Notes under the pieces: model-generated
Databases searched by the model: none
Seen by the model: only the letters and a program-made list of their open reading frames with translations
What the model was told of the DNA's origin: nothing
Made by a program: the position numbers and the translations under genes
In this document: positions 54,386-63,721 of the stretch, piece by piece
Layout: the number at the start of each line of letters is the position of its first letter
How positions within the stretch are numbered: the stretch's first letter is position 1
From: Candidatus Woesearchaeota archaeon B3_Woes
GTDB taxonomy: Archaea > Nanobdellota > Nanobdellia > Woesearchaeales > B3-WOES
Direction: 5' to 3'
DNA: 64,000 bases
NCBI GenBank assembly: GCA_005222965.1
Contig: NJBG01000001.1
Location: 549,533-613,532 of the forward strand

Positions 54386-55795
54386 TCATTTAATTAATTC
54401 TCTAACTAGCGTATTAACCAAATCAGGCTTAGCCTTTCCTTTGGTTTTCCTCATAATCTGGCCAATAATAAAATGAATAGCTTTTTCTTCACCATTTTTA
54501 TACTGTTCAACAGCAGAAGCATTATCTTTGATCACTTCTTTACAAACCTTTTCTACGCCCCTTTCATCAGAAATAATTTCCAAACCTTCTTTTTTAACAT
54601 AATCTTCAATATCAAAATCTTTTTCAACCAACTTTTCAATTAATCTCCTGCCTGTTTGCTCTGTTATTCTTTTATCCTGAATTAATTTTACAATATCAAC
54701 AACATGTTTTGGTTTTATTTTAGTATCACCAAGTTTTTTCTTATTATAATTCAAAACTCTTTTCAACTCTAACTCAACCCAATGAGAAGCCAATTTAGGA
54801 TCTACTTTTTTATCTGAAATAACTTCCTCAAAAAACTTAGCAAGCTTCAAATCTTTAGCAATAACAGCCATAGACTGAACACTTCCATGCTCTTTTTCAT
54901 ATTTCTTTAATTTTTCCTCAGCCAATTCAGGCATATCTTTTTTTATTGAACTAATCCATTTAGAATCTAAATCAATTCTGACCAAATCAGGATCAATAAT
55001 ATAACCATACTCAACCTCTACTTCTTTCTTTCTTAAAGAAAACGTAATCCCTTTGTCAGAATCCCATGCTCTTGTTTCTAGAACAATCTCTTTAATATTT
55101 TTCTTTTGCCTCTCAACCTCATAATTAAGAGCCCTTTCAATATCCTTAAATCCAGTTATATTCTTAATCTCAACTCTTGTATAATTAGATTCTTTAATAG
55201 AGATATTAACATCAGCTTTAATTATACACCTATTAACATCAAATATCTCTAAATAATTCAAAATTAGAATTAATTGCTTCATAAAATCACGTGCTTCTTC
55301 TGGAGAACTTAAATCAGGTTCAGTAACAACCTCTACCAAAGGATCACCAGAACGATTATAATCAACCAAAACATAAGAACTCTTTTGCATTCCAGAAGGA
55401 TGCACTAATGATGCAGGATCCTCTTCCATATGAACCCTTGTAATTCCAATTGTTTTACCAGAATTTAATCTAAGCTTTCCTTTCTCTCCTAATGGAATCT
55501 CATACTGGGTAATCTGATAATTTTTTGACATATCTGGATAAAAATAAGATTTTCTAGAAAAAATTAACTCAGGAGCAACCTTACAATTTAAAGCCAAACC
55601 CAGCTTAAGAGCATAATCAACTGCTTTTTTATTTAGAACAGGTTTTGAACCAGGATGCCCTAGACAAACCTCGCAAGTTCTTGAATTAGGTTTATCATCT
55701 CCATGAGTTGAACATCCGCAAAACAATTTAGTATCTGTAGCCAATTCTACATGAATCTCAAGCCCAATCACAACATCTGATGTAAACTTCTTCAT
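54386..55795 (-). CDS. gatB: aspartyl/glutamyl-tRNA amidotransferase subunit B
   Basis: VIGLEIHVELATDTKLFCGC, RVHMEEDP, and a C-terminal GatB/YqeY domain. Confidence 0.9.
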   Translation of the reverse strand: MKKFTSDVVIGLEIHVELATDTKLFCGCSTHGDDKPNSRTCEVCLGHPGSKPVLNKKAVDYALKLGLALNCKVAPELIFSRKSYFYPDMSKNYQITQYEIPLGEKGKLRLNSGKTIGITRVHMEEDPASLVHPSGMQKSSYVLVDYNRSGDPLVEVVTEPDLSSPEEARDFMKQLILILNYLEIFDVNRCIIKADVNISIKESNYTRVEIKNITGFKDIERALNYEVERQKKNIKEIVLETRAWDSDKGITFSLRKKEVEVEYGYIIDPDLVRIDLDSKWISSIKKDMPELAEEKLKKYEKEHGSVQSMAVIAKDLKLAKFFEEVISDKKVDPKLASHWVELELKRVLNYNKKKLGDTKIKPKHVVDIVKLIQDKRITEQTGRRLIEKLVEKDFDIEDYVKKEGLEIISDERGVEKVCKEVIKDNASAVEQYKNGEEKAIHFIIGQIMRKTKGKAKPDLVNTLVRELIK

Positions 55796-57228
55796 TTCAA
55801 AACCTCAACACCACTTCCCAACTGGATAATCTTTTTCTCCATTAGATGATCACCAATAAGCATCATTCCAACTGGCAATTTTTTCTCAAAACCAACATTA
55901 ACACTTAAATGAGGCATTCCAGCCAAATTAGGACCAACAGTCAACTCATCTATCATATAATTATCTAAAACACTTAATTTATCAACTTCCTTAAATGTTG
56001 GAGGAAGAATTGGAACAGTTGGACTTACTAAAGCATCAAATTTCTTAAACGCTTTTTTATATTCCTGAATTATCTTTGTTCTAATTTGTGCAGCTCTGAT
56101 ATAATAAGCATCCCTATAACCAGCCATCCTAGAAAAAGTACCCAACATAATCCTCCTTTTAGCTTCACTACCAAAATTAGAACTTCTAACTTTTGTAAAA
56201 TATTCATTAAATCCTCCTTCAAGTTTCTCATGCTTTCCATATCTCATTCCAGAATATTTTGCAAGATTAGTTGAAGCTTCTGATGTTGATAAAAAATAAT
56301 AAGCAGGAACACCATATTTTATTCCAGTTGGTAAAGAAATCTCTTCATACTTAACACCCTTACTCTCAAGTTTTTTAATTCCATCCCAAACATGTTTTTC
56401 AACAGCACCATCACCTTTAAATGCCTCTTTTATAACACCAATCTTCATCCCAGATACATCTTTATTAGCATATTCTAAATATTTATCAACAGGAGAATTT
56501 AATGAAGTAGATTCATTCTCATCAAAACCAGAAATCACTTCTAACATTAAAGCAGCATCTGAAGTTGTTTTTCCCATAGGACCAATTTTGTCTAATGAAT
56601 TCGCAAAATCCAATAACCCATACCTAGAAACACGACCATAAGTAGGACACAAACCAGCAACCCCGCAAAAACTAGCAGGATTTACAATACTCCCCCCTGT
56701 TGATTCTCCTAAACTTATATGGGGATAACCTGTTTTTTGAGTTATGCCTCCGCTTCCCCCACTACTTCCACCACAAACACAACCTTTATCAAAAGGATTT
56801 AATGGAACTTTAAAGTCTAAACCAACATTAACATTAAATGCACCAAAACCAAATTCATCTTGTGAAACTTTCCCTATAATTATTCCACCCTCTTTTTTAA
56901 TCTTATTAATTACAGTAGCATCAAATACAGGCTTATAACCTTTTAATATTCTACTCCCAGATGTTGTTTCAACTCCTTTAACACAAATACAATCTTTGAC
57001 AGAAACAGGCAATCCGGCTAATTTACCTGATGGATTTTTCTTAACTAATTCTGCTTGTTTAACAGCTAATTCATCTGAAATAACATTAAAATAATGATAT
57101 TCTTTATCTATTTTCTTAGATTCATCAATAACTTTATGAGTATGTTCAACAACATCAATTTCATTATTTTTTATTTTTTTTATAAAATCAATTGCCTGCA
57201 AGTTTCTCACCAAGTTTTTTACACTCAT
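55792..57228 (-). CDS. gatA: aspartyl/glutamyl-tRNA amidotransferase subunit A (amidase)
   Basis: The amidase signature is GGSSGGSGG...GESTGGSIVNPASFCGV. The start is uncertain: ATG 57228, or a TTG/GTG nearer the upstream stop at 57188. Confidence 0.85.
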   Translation of the reverse strand: MSVKNLVRNLQAIDFIKKIKNNEIDVVEHTHKVIDESKKIDKEYHYFNVISDELAVKQAELVKKNPSGKLAGLPVSVKDCICVKGVETTSGSRILKGYKPVFDATVINKIKKEGGIIIGKVSQDEFGFGAFNVNVGLDFKVPLNPFDKGCVCGGSSGGSGGITQKTGYPHISLGESTGGSIVNPASFCGVAGLCPTYGRVSRYGLLDFANSLDKIGPMGKTTSDAALMLEVISGFDENESTSLNSPVDKYLEYANKDVSGMKIGVIKEAFKGDGAVEKHVWDGIKKLESKGVKYEEISLPTGIKYGVPAYYFLSTSEASTNLAKYSGMRYGKHEKLEGGFNEYFTKVRSSNFGSEAKRRIMLGTFSRMAGYRDAYYIRAAQIRTKIIQEYKKAFKKFDALVSPTVPILPPTFKEVDKLSVLDNYMIDELTVGPNLAGMPHLSVNVGFEKKLPVGMMLIGDHLMEKKIIQLGSGVEVLK

Positions 57229-57727
57229 CAACAACCATGTCATTTTTTTGCAGATCATTAGGGGCTTCTGCTTTTGCAATAACACTCCCAATCAAATTCA
57301 TCTTATGCTCTTTTATAAATTCAGAAAATATATCACCACAAAACATTGTATTATCAATAGATTGTCCACCAACACAAACAAAAGCAGCATTTTTACCACC
57401 AAGCTTAGAATCTTTTACTATTTCATTTGTTCTATCCATAAAAGTTTTCATCAAACCACTAACATTCTTAAAATAATTAGGGCTTCCAAAAACAATTGCA
57501 TCTGAATCCAGCATTTTATCCAACACATTTGAAAAATCATCTTTTATATAACAAGGTTTTCCTTCATTAAAACAGATATCACATCCTGTACAATTCTCAA
57601 TCTTTAATCCCTTTAATAAAAGAAGTTCTGTTTCAACCCCTCTTTCTTTTGCAAAGTCAAGAACAGAATTTAACATAAATTCAGTATTTCCTTTTCTAGG
57701 ACTTCCACATATACCCAAAATATTCAT
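57188..57727 (-). CDS. iron-sulfur flavoprotein (Isf-like NADPH-dependent FMN reductase family)
   Basis: ILGICGSPRKGNTE, plus the compact cluster motif CTGCDICFNEGKPC. Confidence 0.7.
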   Translation of the reverse strand: MNILGICGSPRKGNTEFMLNSVLDFAKERGVETELLLLKGLKIENCTGCDICFNEGKPCYIKDDFSNVLDKMLDSDAIVFGSPNYFKNVSGLMKTFMDRTNEIVKDSKLGGKNAAFVCVGGQSIDNTMFCGDIFSEFIKEHKMNLIGSVIAKAEAPNDLQKNDMVVDECKKLGEKLAGN

Positions 57728-58012
57728 TTAAACAGCCCTCGGTCCTTTAAAATAACCATCTTTTTTATGTTCGCTATTAGATAAAGCATCCTCCTGACTA
57801 AAAGAATCCTCAACTAAATCATCCCTCATAATGTTCTTTATTTCAACAGGCCGAAAACTAGGTTTTAATCCTTTTACATCACATTTATCAATAACAGAAA
57901 AACCATTTAAAATCTCTTTGAAATCCTTTACAAAACCCAAAATTTCTTTATCAGTTAACTTTAACCTGGCAAGTTCTGCAACATTTTTAATAATATCTTT
58001 ATCTACTTTCAT
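57728..58012 (-). CDS. gatC: aspartyl/glutamyl-tRNA amidotransferase subunit C
   Basis: MKVDKDIIKNVAELARLKLTDKEILGFVKDFKEILNGF is a typical GatC sequence. The internal ATG at 58012 is preferred over the track start. Confidence 0.8.
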   Translation of the reverse strand: MKVDKDIIKNVAELARLKLTDKEILGFVKDFKEILNGFSVIDKCDVKGLKPSFRPVEIKNIMRDDLVEDSFSQEDALSNSEHKKDGYFKGPRAV

Positions 58013-58108
58013 GTACAAAGAAAAATATTTTCTTTCTTTATAAAAGTTATCCAAAAACGAAAAGTATATAAAGAAAATAAATCTAATTTTGACCAAGTGG
58101 TGATATGA

Positions 58109-58738
58109 TTGATAAAAACATTTAAAAATTTTTTAAATAAATTTGTAAAAGACATCTTTAAGAAGAAAAAAAATCTTAAACTAGGATTATATGGACCCCC
58201 TAACGGCGGCAAAACAACTCTGGCAAATAAAATTTGTAAAGATTGGTTAGGGGAAGAAATGGGTTCTGTTTCTAATGTTGCTCACGAAACAAGAGAAATT
58301 CAGATAAAAGAGCAAATCGACATTAAAAGCAATGGAAAAGAATTGAGTTTTAACTTAGTAGATACACCAGGTATTGCAACAAAAATTGATTATGAAGATT
58401 TCATGAAAACCGGCATGAAAGAAAAAGAAGCAAAAAAAAGATCAAAAGAAGCCACAAAAGGAGTTATAGATGCTATAAAATGGCTTGATGAAATGGAAGT
58501 AGTAGTAGTAGTATTAGATTCTACAAAAGACCCTTATGATCAGGTAAATATTACCATAATAGGAAATTTACAAGCAAGAAAAATACCAGTCTTAGTAGTT
58601 GCTAATAAAATAGATTTAAAAAAATCAAATATCAAAAAAATAGAATCAGCATTCCCACAATATGGCGTAGTAGGAATAAGTGCTAAATATGGAAATAAAA
58701 TTGATGATTTTTACAAAGCTTTATTCAAATTGGTCTAA
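58109..58738 (+). CDS. small GTP-binding protein (TTG start)
   Basis: G1 is GPPNGGKTT, G3 is DTPG, and G4 is NKID. TTG is the only in-frame start upstream of the P-loop. Confidence 0.7.
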   Translation: MIKTFKNFLNKFVKDIFKKKKNLKLGLYGPPNGGKTTLANKICKDWLGEEMGSVSNVAHETREIQIKEQIDIKSNGKELSFNLVDTPGIATKIDYEDFMKTGMKEKEAKKRSKEATKGVIDAIKWLDEMEVVVVVLDSTKDPYDQVNITIIGNLQARKIPVLVVANKIDLKKSNIKKIESAFPQYGVVGISAKYGNKIDDFYKALFKLV

Positions 58739-58741
58739 AAA

Positions 58742-59140
58742 ATGTTAACATTACAAGTACTACCTTATAGCGAAATCGGAAATTTGACTTCTGTAGGTAA
58801 AATAAGAAAATTACTCAACATTGCAAAGGAAAACAAAATAATCTTATTACAAGGCAGACTATCCAAAGAAGAAGAAGCAGAATTAATTAAGGCAACAATG
58901 GAAGAAATCAATAAAGATTTTAAAGGAATTGAATTAGCTGTTCTAGAATCTGAAAAATCTAAAACCAACGCCCTAACGGCATTTAGAGACGGAATTGCTA
59001 ATGTTTTGCTTGGCAACAAACAAGGTTTAACAATAATAGGTCCAGCAAATATTGTAAAAGAGATAAAAAAAGATCCTAAGAAAATCGAACTTCTAACAAA
59101 AGATATAAGAACAACAAAGAAAAAAAATAAAAAAAAATAA
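58742..59140 (+). CDS. DUF2073-like protein (from memory), GTPase-associated
   Basis: 132 aa lying 3 nt after the GTPase stop, with a Lys-rich tail. Confidence 0.5.
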   Translation: MLTLQVLPYSEIGNLTSVGKIRKLLNIAKENKIILLQGRLSKEEEAELIKATMEEINKDFKGIELAVLESEKSKTNALTAFRDGIANVLLGNKQGLTIIGPANIVKEIKKDPKKIELLTKDIRTTKKKNKKK

Positions 59141-59143
59141 AAA

Positions 59144-59530
59144 ATGCCACACCAATGCGTTAGATGCGGAACATTCTATGATGACGGAGCAGCAGAAATA
59201 TTAAAAGGATGTAAATGTGGTGGTAGACTTTTCTTTTTTATTAAAAAAGAAAAGTTTGAAAAATCTAAAGAAATAGTTTCTAAGGTAAATCTAAGCGAAA
59301 AAGAAAAAGATCAAATAGAAGATGATGTATTTGACTTAGTTGGAGTGGACAAGAATAAAGGAGAACCGGTTATTCTCGATTTAGAATCTATAAAAATAAA
59401 AAAACCAGGACAATACGAACTTGATTTGGTTCATTTATTTAAAGGAGACCCTTTGATATTTAAATTAGAAGAAGGAAAATATATGATTGATGTAGTAGAA
59501 TCCTTTAAAAAATTAAGAGCAAGAAAATAA
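59144..59530 (+). CDS. Zn-ribbon protein
   Basis: MPHQCVRCGTFYDDGAAEILKGCKCGG gives CxxC...CxC. It lies 3 nt after the upstream stop. Confidence 0.55.
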   Translation: MPHQCVRCGTFYDDGAAEILKGCKCGGRLFFFIKKEKFEKSKEIVSKVNLSEKEKDQIEDDVFDLVGVDKNKGEPVILDLESIKIKKPGQYELDLVHLFKGDPLIFKLEEGKYMIDVVESFKKLRARK

Positions 59531-59617
59531 ATCTTTATTGTATCTATACATAATCAAATGCAAAATTTATTTTCTTTAATTCTTTCTCGAATTATTTTTT
59601 TATCAGATTTAGATTGT

Positions 59618-60277
59618 CTATTCCACTAACTTTCTTGCTAACTCCTCTAATGCTCTTTCTTCTGCACTCTCAACTTTTCCGCCTATGGTTAATTCAAGAT
59701 ACTCATACGTTGCATTAACTAAATCTCTTATACCTCTTTCATTGAGTGATAATGCATCTTCTTTTCTAAATGAAGAGAAATCTCCGTCTTTATGGTATAT
59801 CTCAAATTCAAGAGCAATAAAATCCTCAACAGCCCACCCACTATTATTAAGATTAATCTCCTTTATATAAAGGGGTAAATTCTTATTTATCTCCTTTCTC
59901 CCTACAATTTCCATTAGTACTTCTTGTCTTAACTTACTTCCAGAATATCTTACAATTTCATCTAAAATCACAACTACTGATGGTTCACTATTAAGATAAA
60001 AAAATGCTGGAATTCTAAACCCAATTATCCCCCTCCCTTCATCATATTCAAAAAACGGATCTTTAAACTCAATACCTTTATATCTATCACTACCTATCAG
60101 ATTTAAATTTATTAAATCCTCGGTTGCTCTTACTTCAGCTATTCTACCAACTCCTCTTAAAGGACTAGTAATGCCTGTATTTATCCTGCTTCTCTTCTCA
60201 GCTTCCTCTTTAAGGAACTGCGAATAGCATCCTTCTTTCATCATCTTTAAATGTTTTTGATAGTTCCCCATTTTCAT
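59618..60277 (-). CDS. hypothetical protein
   Basis: 219-aa ORF with somewhat higher GC. No motif was recognised. Confidence 0.5.
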   Translation of the reverse strand: MKMGNYQKHLKMMKEGCYSQFLKEEAEKRSRINTGITSPLRGVGRIAEVRATEDLINLNLIGSDRYKGIEFKDPFFEYDEGRGIIGFRIPAFFYLNSEPSVVVILDEIVRYSGSKLRQEVLMEIVGRKEINKNLPLYIKEINLNNSGWAVEDFIALEFEIYHKDGDFSSFRKEDALSLNERGIRDLVNATYEYLELTIGGKVESAEERALEELARKLVE

Positions 60278-60344
60278 TTATTTAATTACTACTAAGTAGA
60301 AACTAAATATTATTTATATTTTTCACCAAACATGTACGGTATTC

Positions 60345-60995
60345 TTACTTAGAATAAGTAAGCATATTCGGAATTAATTTTTCCTCAGCAACTCTTAAAT
60401 GTTGCTGGTATGTAGAAAGAGAAACACCCCTAATTTTAGCTAGTTTTCTAAGATCAATTTTTCTAGGATTTTTATAGTAACCTTCTTGTATAGCAAGTTC
60501 TATAACTGTTTTTTGTTTTTCTGTTAGATTAGGCATGAATCTTGGAAAAAACACATTATTAATATTCACATTATGGAATTTAATCAATTTAAAATTTTCA
60601 GTCTTTCTTTTAACATTTTTAATAAACCTAGAAACTTCCTCTCTTTCCCAAGAACCAATTTCCCATGTTTCATATCCATTTATATCCATCAAAACAGGTT
60701 TAACAAAAATTATTTTTGGTATATAACTAGCAACTGCTTTTTTATCTGCTTTCTCTAAAAGAAAAAACATATCTCCTTTTTTCTCTAGTTTTATTACCTT
60801 TTTATCTTTCTTCAAATCTTTAACAAATCTTTCAATTTTTTTTGGATCGCCAGACATATAATGCATAGAAGAAGCAATAATTTTTTCTTTTTTCCTAAAA
60901 ACAGAAAATGCTACTGACTGTAAAGCAACTTTAAATTTCTTGCATCTGTTTCCAAGAATGCAATCATGTTTATATTTTACCTTAGCAATCCACAT
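60345..60995 (-). CDS. Bat-type HTH (HTH_10) transcriptional regulator
   Basis: The C-terminus is LTEKQKTVIELAIQEGYYKNPRKIDLRKLAKIRGVSLSTYQQHLRVAEEKLI. Confidence 0.7.
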   Translation of the reverse strand: MWIAKVKYKHDCILGNRCKKFKVALQSVAFSVFRKKEKIIASSMHYMSGDPKKIERFVKDLKKDKKVIKLEKKGDMFFLLEKADKKAVASYIPKIIFVKPVLMDINGYETWEIGSWEREEVSRFIKNVKRKTENFKLIKFHNVNINNVFFPRFMPNLTEKQKTVIELAIQEGYYKNPRKIDLRKLAKIRGVSLSTYQQHLRVAEEKLIPNMLTYSK

Positions 60996-61042
60996 ACAGA
61001 CATGTACTGTTTTTGATATTTATAAAATTTTCGGAAGATATT

Positions 61043-62242
61043 TTATTTATCACTAATAATTTCTATAACATCTTTGTTTTTTAACACATGATCTCTACCT
61101 ACAGTCATTTTTGTTTTTACATCTATAGCACGTATAAATTTATCTCCAAAATCTGAATGAAGCTTATATGCAAAATCTATTGCAGTTGAATTAAAAGGCA
61201 TTAAAAAACAATCAGGCAGCACATTTCCATCTTGATCTGCTAATTTATTAACTCCTCCTGGAAATATAGCAATATAATTTAATAATTCAAAAACAGCTTT
61301 ATCTAATATTTCCTGAACCCCTGTTGAACCATATTTATCTAATATATTCACTTTAATAAAATCCAAAGCTGATTTTTGTTTATCATTTAATTTTCCTTCA
61401 TCTATTGTTTCAAAAGAATTTTCTCCTGGTATATATTTAATTAAATCATCCTTTGCAGCTTCTTTTAATGCCAATTCTGATTCTGCACTGCACGCAATTA
61501 ACATATGGTCTGGAAACTCATTCTCAATTCTTGTAAAATTTTCCACAGCCCCTTTAATATCAATCTTATTACAAGCAATAATCATAGGTTTTGTTATCTT
61601 TCTAAGGTTTTTAGCCAATTCAAACAAATTATCTTCCGACCATCCTACTGGTTTCGAAGGATCAACACCAAGAATCTTAATCTGATCTTTGATCATATCT
61701 TCTGTTACACTCAATCCAGATAATTGTTTTGAAAGAGATTTATCAACCTCTTTATGTGTTTGTTGAACTTCTTTTGCAAATTTTTCCCATCCTTTTTTTA
61801 TTATACTCAAATACCAATAATCAAGCTCTTCTTCTAAAAATTTTATATCTTTTGCAGGATCATATTCTCCAGGTTCTACTACTTCTCCTTTTTCATTTGT
61901 TGAACCAGAAATATCCACCACATGCACTAAAACATCCGCTTGCCTTAAATCATCTAAAAATTGATTACCCATCCCTTTCCCTTCATGTGCACCAGGCACC
62001 AATCCAGCAACATCTAACATATCCACAGGCACAAATCTTTTATTATCCACACAATATCCAAATCTTGGATTACATTTTACATTAAACTCTTTATCAACAC
62101 ACTCAATTTTCACATAACCAGTTCCATGATTTGGTTTAATTGTTGCAAAAGGATAATTTGCTATTTCAACTTCTGCTAGAGTAACTGCCTTAAAGAATGT
62201 AGATTTTCCAACATTCGCTTTTCCTACTATTCCCACCAACAT
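61043..62242 (-). CDS. ychF: Obg-family GTPase/ATPase, YchF/OLA1-like with C-terminal TGS domain
   Basis: VGIVGKANVGKSTFFKAVT, NYPFATIKPN, DVAGLVPGAHEGKGMGNQFL and NKID. Confidence 0.8.
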   Translation of the reverse strand: MLVGIVGKANVGKSTFFKAVTLAEVEIANYPFATIKPNHGTGYVKIECVDKEFNVKCNPRFGYCVDNKRFVPVDMLDVAGLVPGAHEGKGMGNQFLDDLRQADVLVHVVDISGSTNEKGEVVEPGEYDPAKDIKFLEEELDYWYLSIIKKGWEKFAKEVQQTHKEVDKSLSKQLSGLSVTEDMIKDQIKILGVDPSKPVGWSEDNLFELAKNLRKITKPMIIACNKIDIKGAVENFTRIENEFPDHMLIACSAESELALKEAAKDDLIKYIPGENSFETIDEGKLNDKQKSALDFIKVNILDKYGSTGVQEILDKAVFELLNYIAIFPGGVNKLADQDGNVLPDCFLMPFNSTAIDFAYKLHSDFGDKFIRAIDVKTKMTVGRDHVLKNKDVIEIISDK

Positions 62243-62323
62243 ATAAAATAGTTATTATCTATTATTTATATAAATTATGCTTTAATAGAAAATATTAAAT
62301 AAAATAACTATTATAGGATTATT

Positions 62324-62932
62324 ATGAGAAAAGTAAAAGATTTTATTGCATTTAGACTACATCACAAAAAACCAAAAAAATATCTTATAGAAACTAACAG
62401 ATATGAAATTCTAATAAAAAGAGATATAAAAAGATTAAAAAATCTTGCAGCAAAATTCGAGCTTAATGTAAGAAAAAGTAAACTTTTCCAGAACAACAAA
62501 CCATTTCAATATAATATTATTATAAATGGTAAAAGACTAATCAAAGATACAGAAGATCTAGGAATTTGTTTAAAAGATATTATTGATTCAATATTCAATG
62601 AAAATGAACAAATTAATCACATTAAAAAATCTGTGAAAAACAACCTCAAAGAAGTATCTAAATATGCTATTGGTATGAAAATTCTTATAGATAAAATTAT
62701 TGACGATTTAGCCAAAATTTCTGGAACATCCAATCTTGTTAAAGATGCTGATGAAATAAAAGAAACAATACTTTCAAATTTATTGATTATTCCTGAAATG
62801 ATGAAATCTTCTGATTTCATAGAAGAACAGAAAGGATATGAAAAGTTTATCCAGGAATTTAATGATGAATTGGAGATTCTTAAAGAAACAACAGATCATG
62901 AAGAAGATTTAGTTGAAGATATGGCAGCATAA
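62324..62932 (+). CDS. hypothetical protein
   Basis: 202-aa ORF, basic N-terminus and acidic C-terminus. No motif was recognised. Confidence 0.45.
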   Translation: MRKVKDFIAFRLHHKKPKKYLIETNRYEILIKRDIKRLKNLAAKFELNVRKSKLFQNNKPFQYNIIINGKRLIKDTEDLGICLKDIIDSIFNENEQINHIKKSVKNNLKEVSKYAIGMKILIDKIIDDLAKISGTSNLVKDADEIKETILSNLLIIPEMMKSSDFIEEQKGYEKFIQEFNDELEILKETTDHEEDLVEDMAA

Positions 62933-63016
62933 ATCTTTAGTTTCTCATAAATTAAAAAATTAAATTATTACAAATTTTAGATAATTTTATAAACAATAAA
63001 TACTCAAAAATAGATT

Positions 63017-63655
63017 ATGCCAGAGGATTATACAAGAGCAAAACATGTATATACTGATAGAATAACGATTAAAGCTGCTGAAGCAAGAATTAGATATAGA
63101 AACGAATTTCATATGAAAAACTTATATATGATGCTTCATGATTGGTTTATTGAAGAAAAATATATTGCAAGAGACGACCCTAAATGGCCAGAACACTTCT
63201 ATCTTCTTAGAGAGGCACCAATTGGAAAAGAGATGTGGATATGGTGGAGATTCAAAAAAATTCCTAGTGGCAACAACTATTATAGATATGATCTTGATGT
63301 TTTTTGGCATGTTGTTGGTGCAAAAGATATTGAAGTAATGCGCCAAGGAAAAAAATTTAAAACACAAAACGCAGATTTAGAACTTATGTTCCAATCATAT
63401 TTAGAGATGGATTATAATCACGAAAAAGGAAAAGGATGGAGAGACCACCCTTTACTAAAACACATTAATACTGTTTTCCACAAAAGAATCTTCAAAGCAG
63501 AGCTAGAAAAACACAGAATGACTCTTTATAGAGATACATATAGAGTACAAGAAATGGTAAAAACTTTCTTAGGAATGAGAACATATATGCCAGAACCAGA
63601 AGGAGGGCAATATTGGCATGAAAAAGGGGTTGGAGAAAAAGAAGGAATAGCCTAA
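63017..63655 (+). CDS. hypothetical protein (paralog of the next gene)
   Basis: Trp/Tyr-rich, 212 aa. It shares the pattern W-R...Y-(R/K)Y...V-F-(W/F)H...A-(K/Q)DIEV with the partial ORF at 63722. Confidence 0.5.
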   Translation: MPEDYTRAKHVYTDRITIKAAEARIRYRNEFHMKNLYMMLHDWFIEEKYIARDDPKWPEHFYLLREAPIGKEMWIWWRFKKIPSGNNYYRYDLDVFWHVVGAKDIEVMRQGKKFKTQNADLELMFQSYLEMDYNHEKGKGWRDHPLLKHINTVFHKRIFKAELEKHRMTLYRDTYRVQEMVKTFLGMRTYMPEPEGGQYWHEKGVGEKEGIA

Positions 63656-63721
63656 TTATATTATCTAAATAATGTATAATTTCAAAACTTTTATAAAGAT
63701 AATTTCCTATGTTTATTAGAT

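Noticed and set aside
61729-62085. 118-aa plus-strand ORF inside the ychF-like gene. Similar antisense ORFs lie in the GT genes, gatA, gyrA, aspS and purF (for example 40512-40904, 56744-56938, 21569-21901, 25235-25540 and 11864-12139).
   Set aside because: Each lies wholly within a longer ORF that carries clear catalytic motifs on the other strand or frame. Their compositions are typical of antisense AT-rich artefacts.
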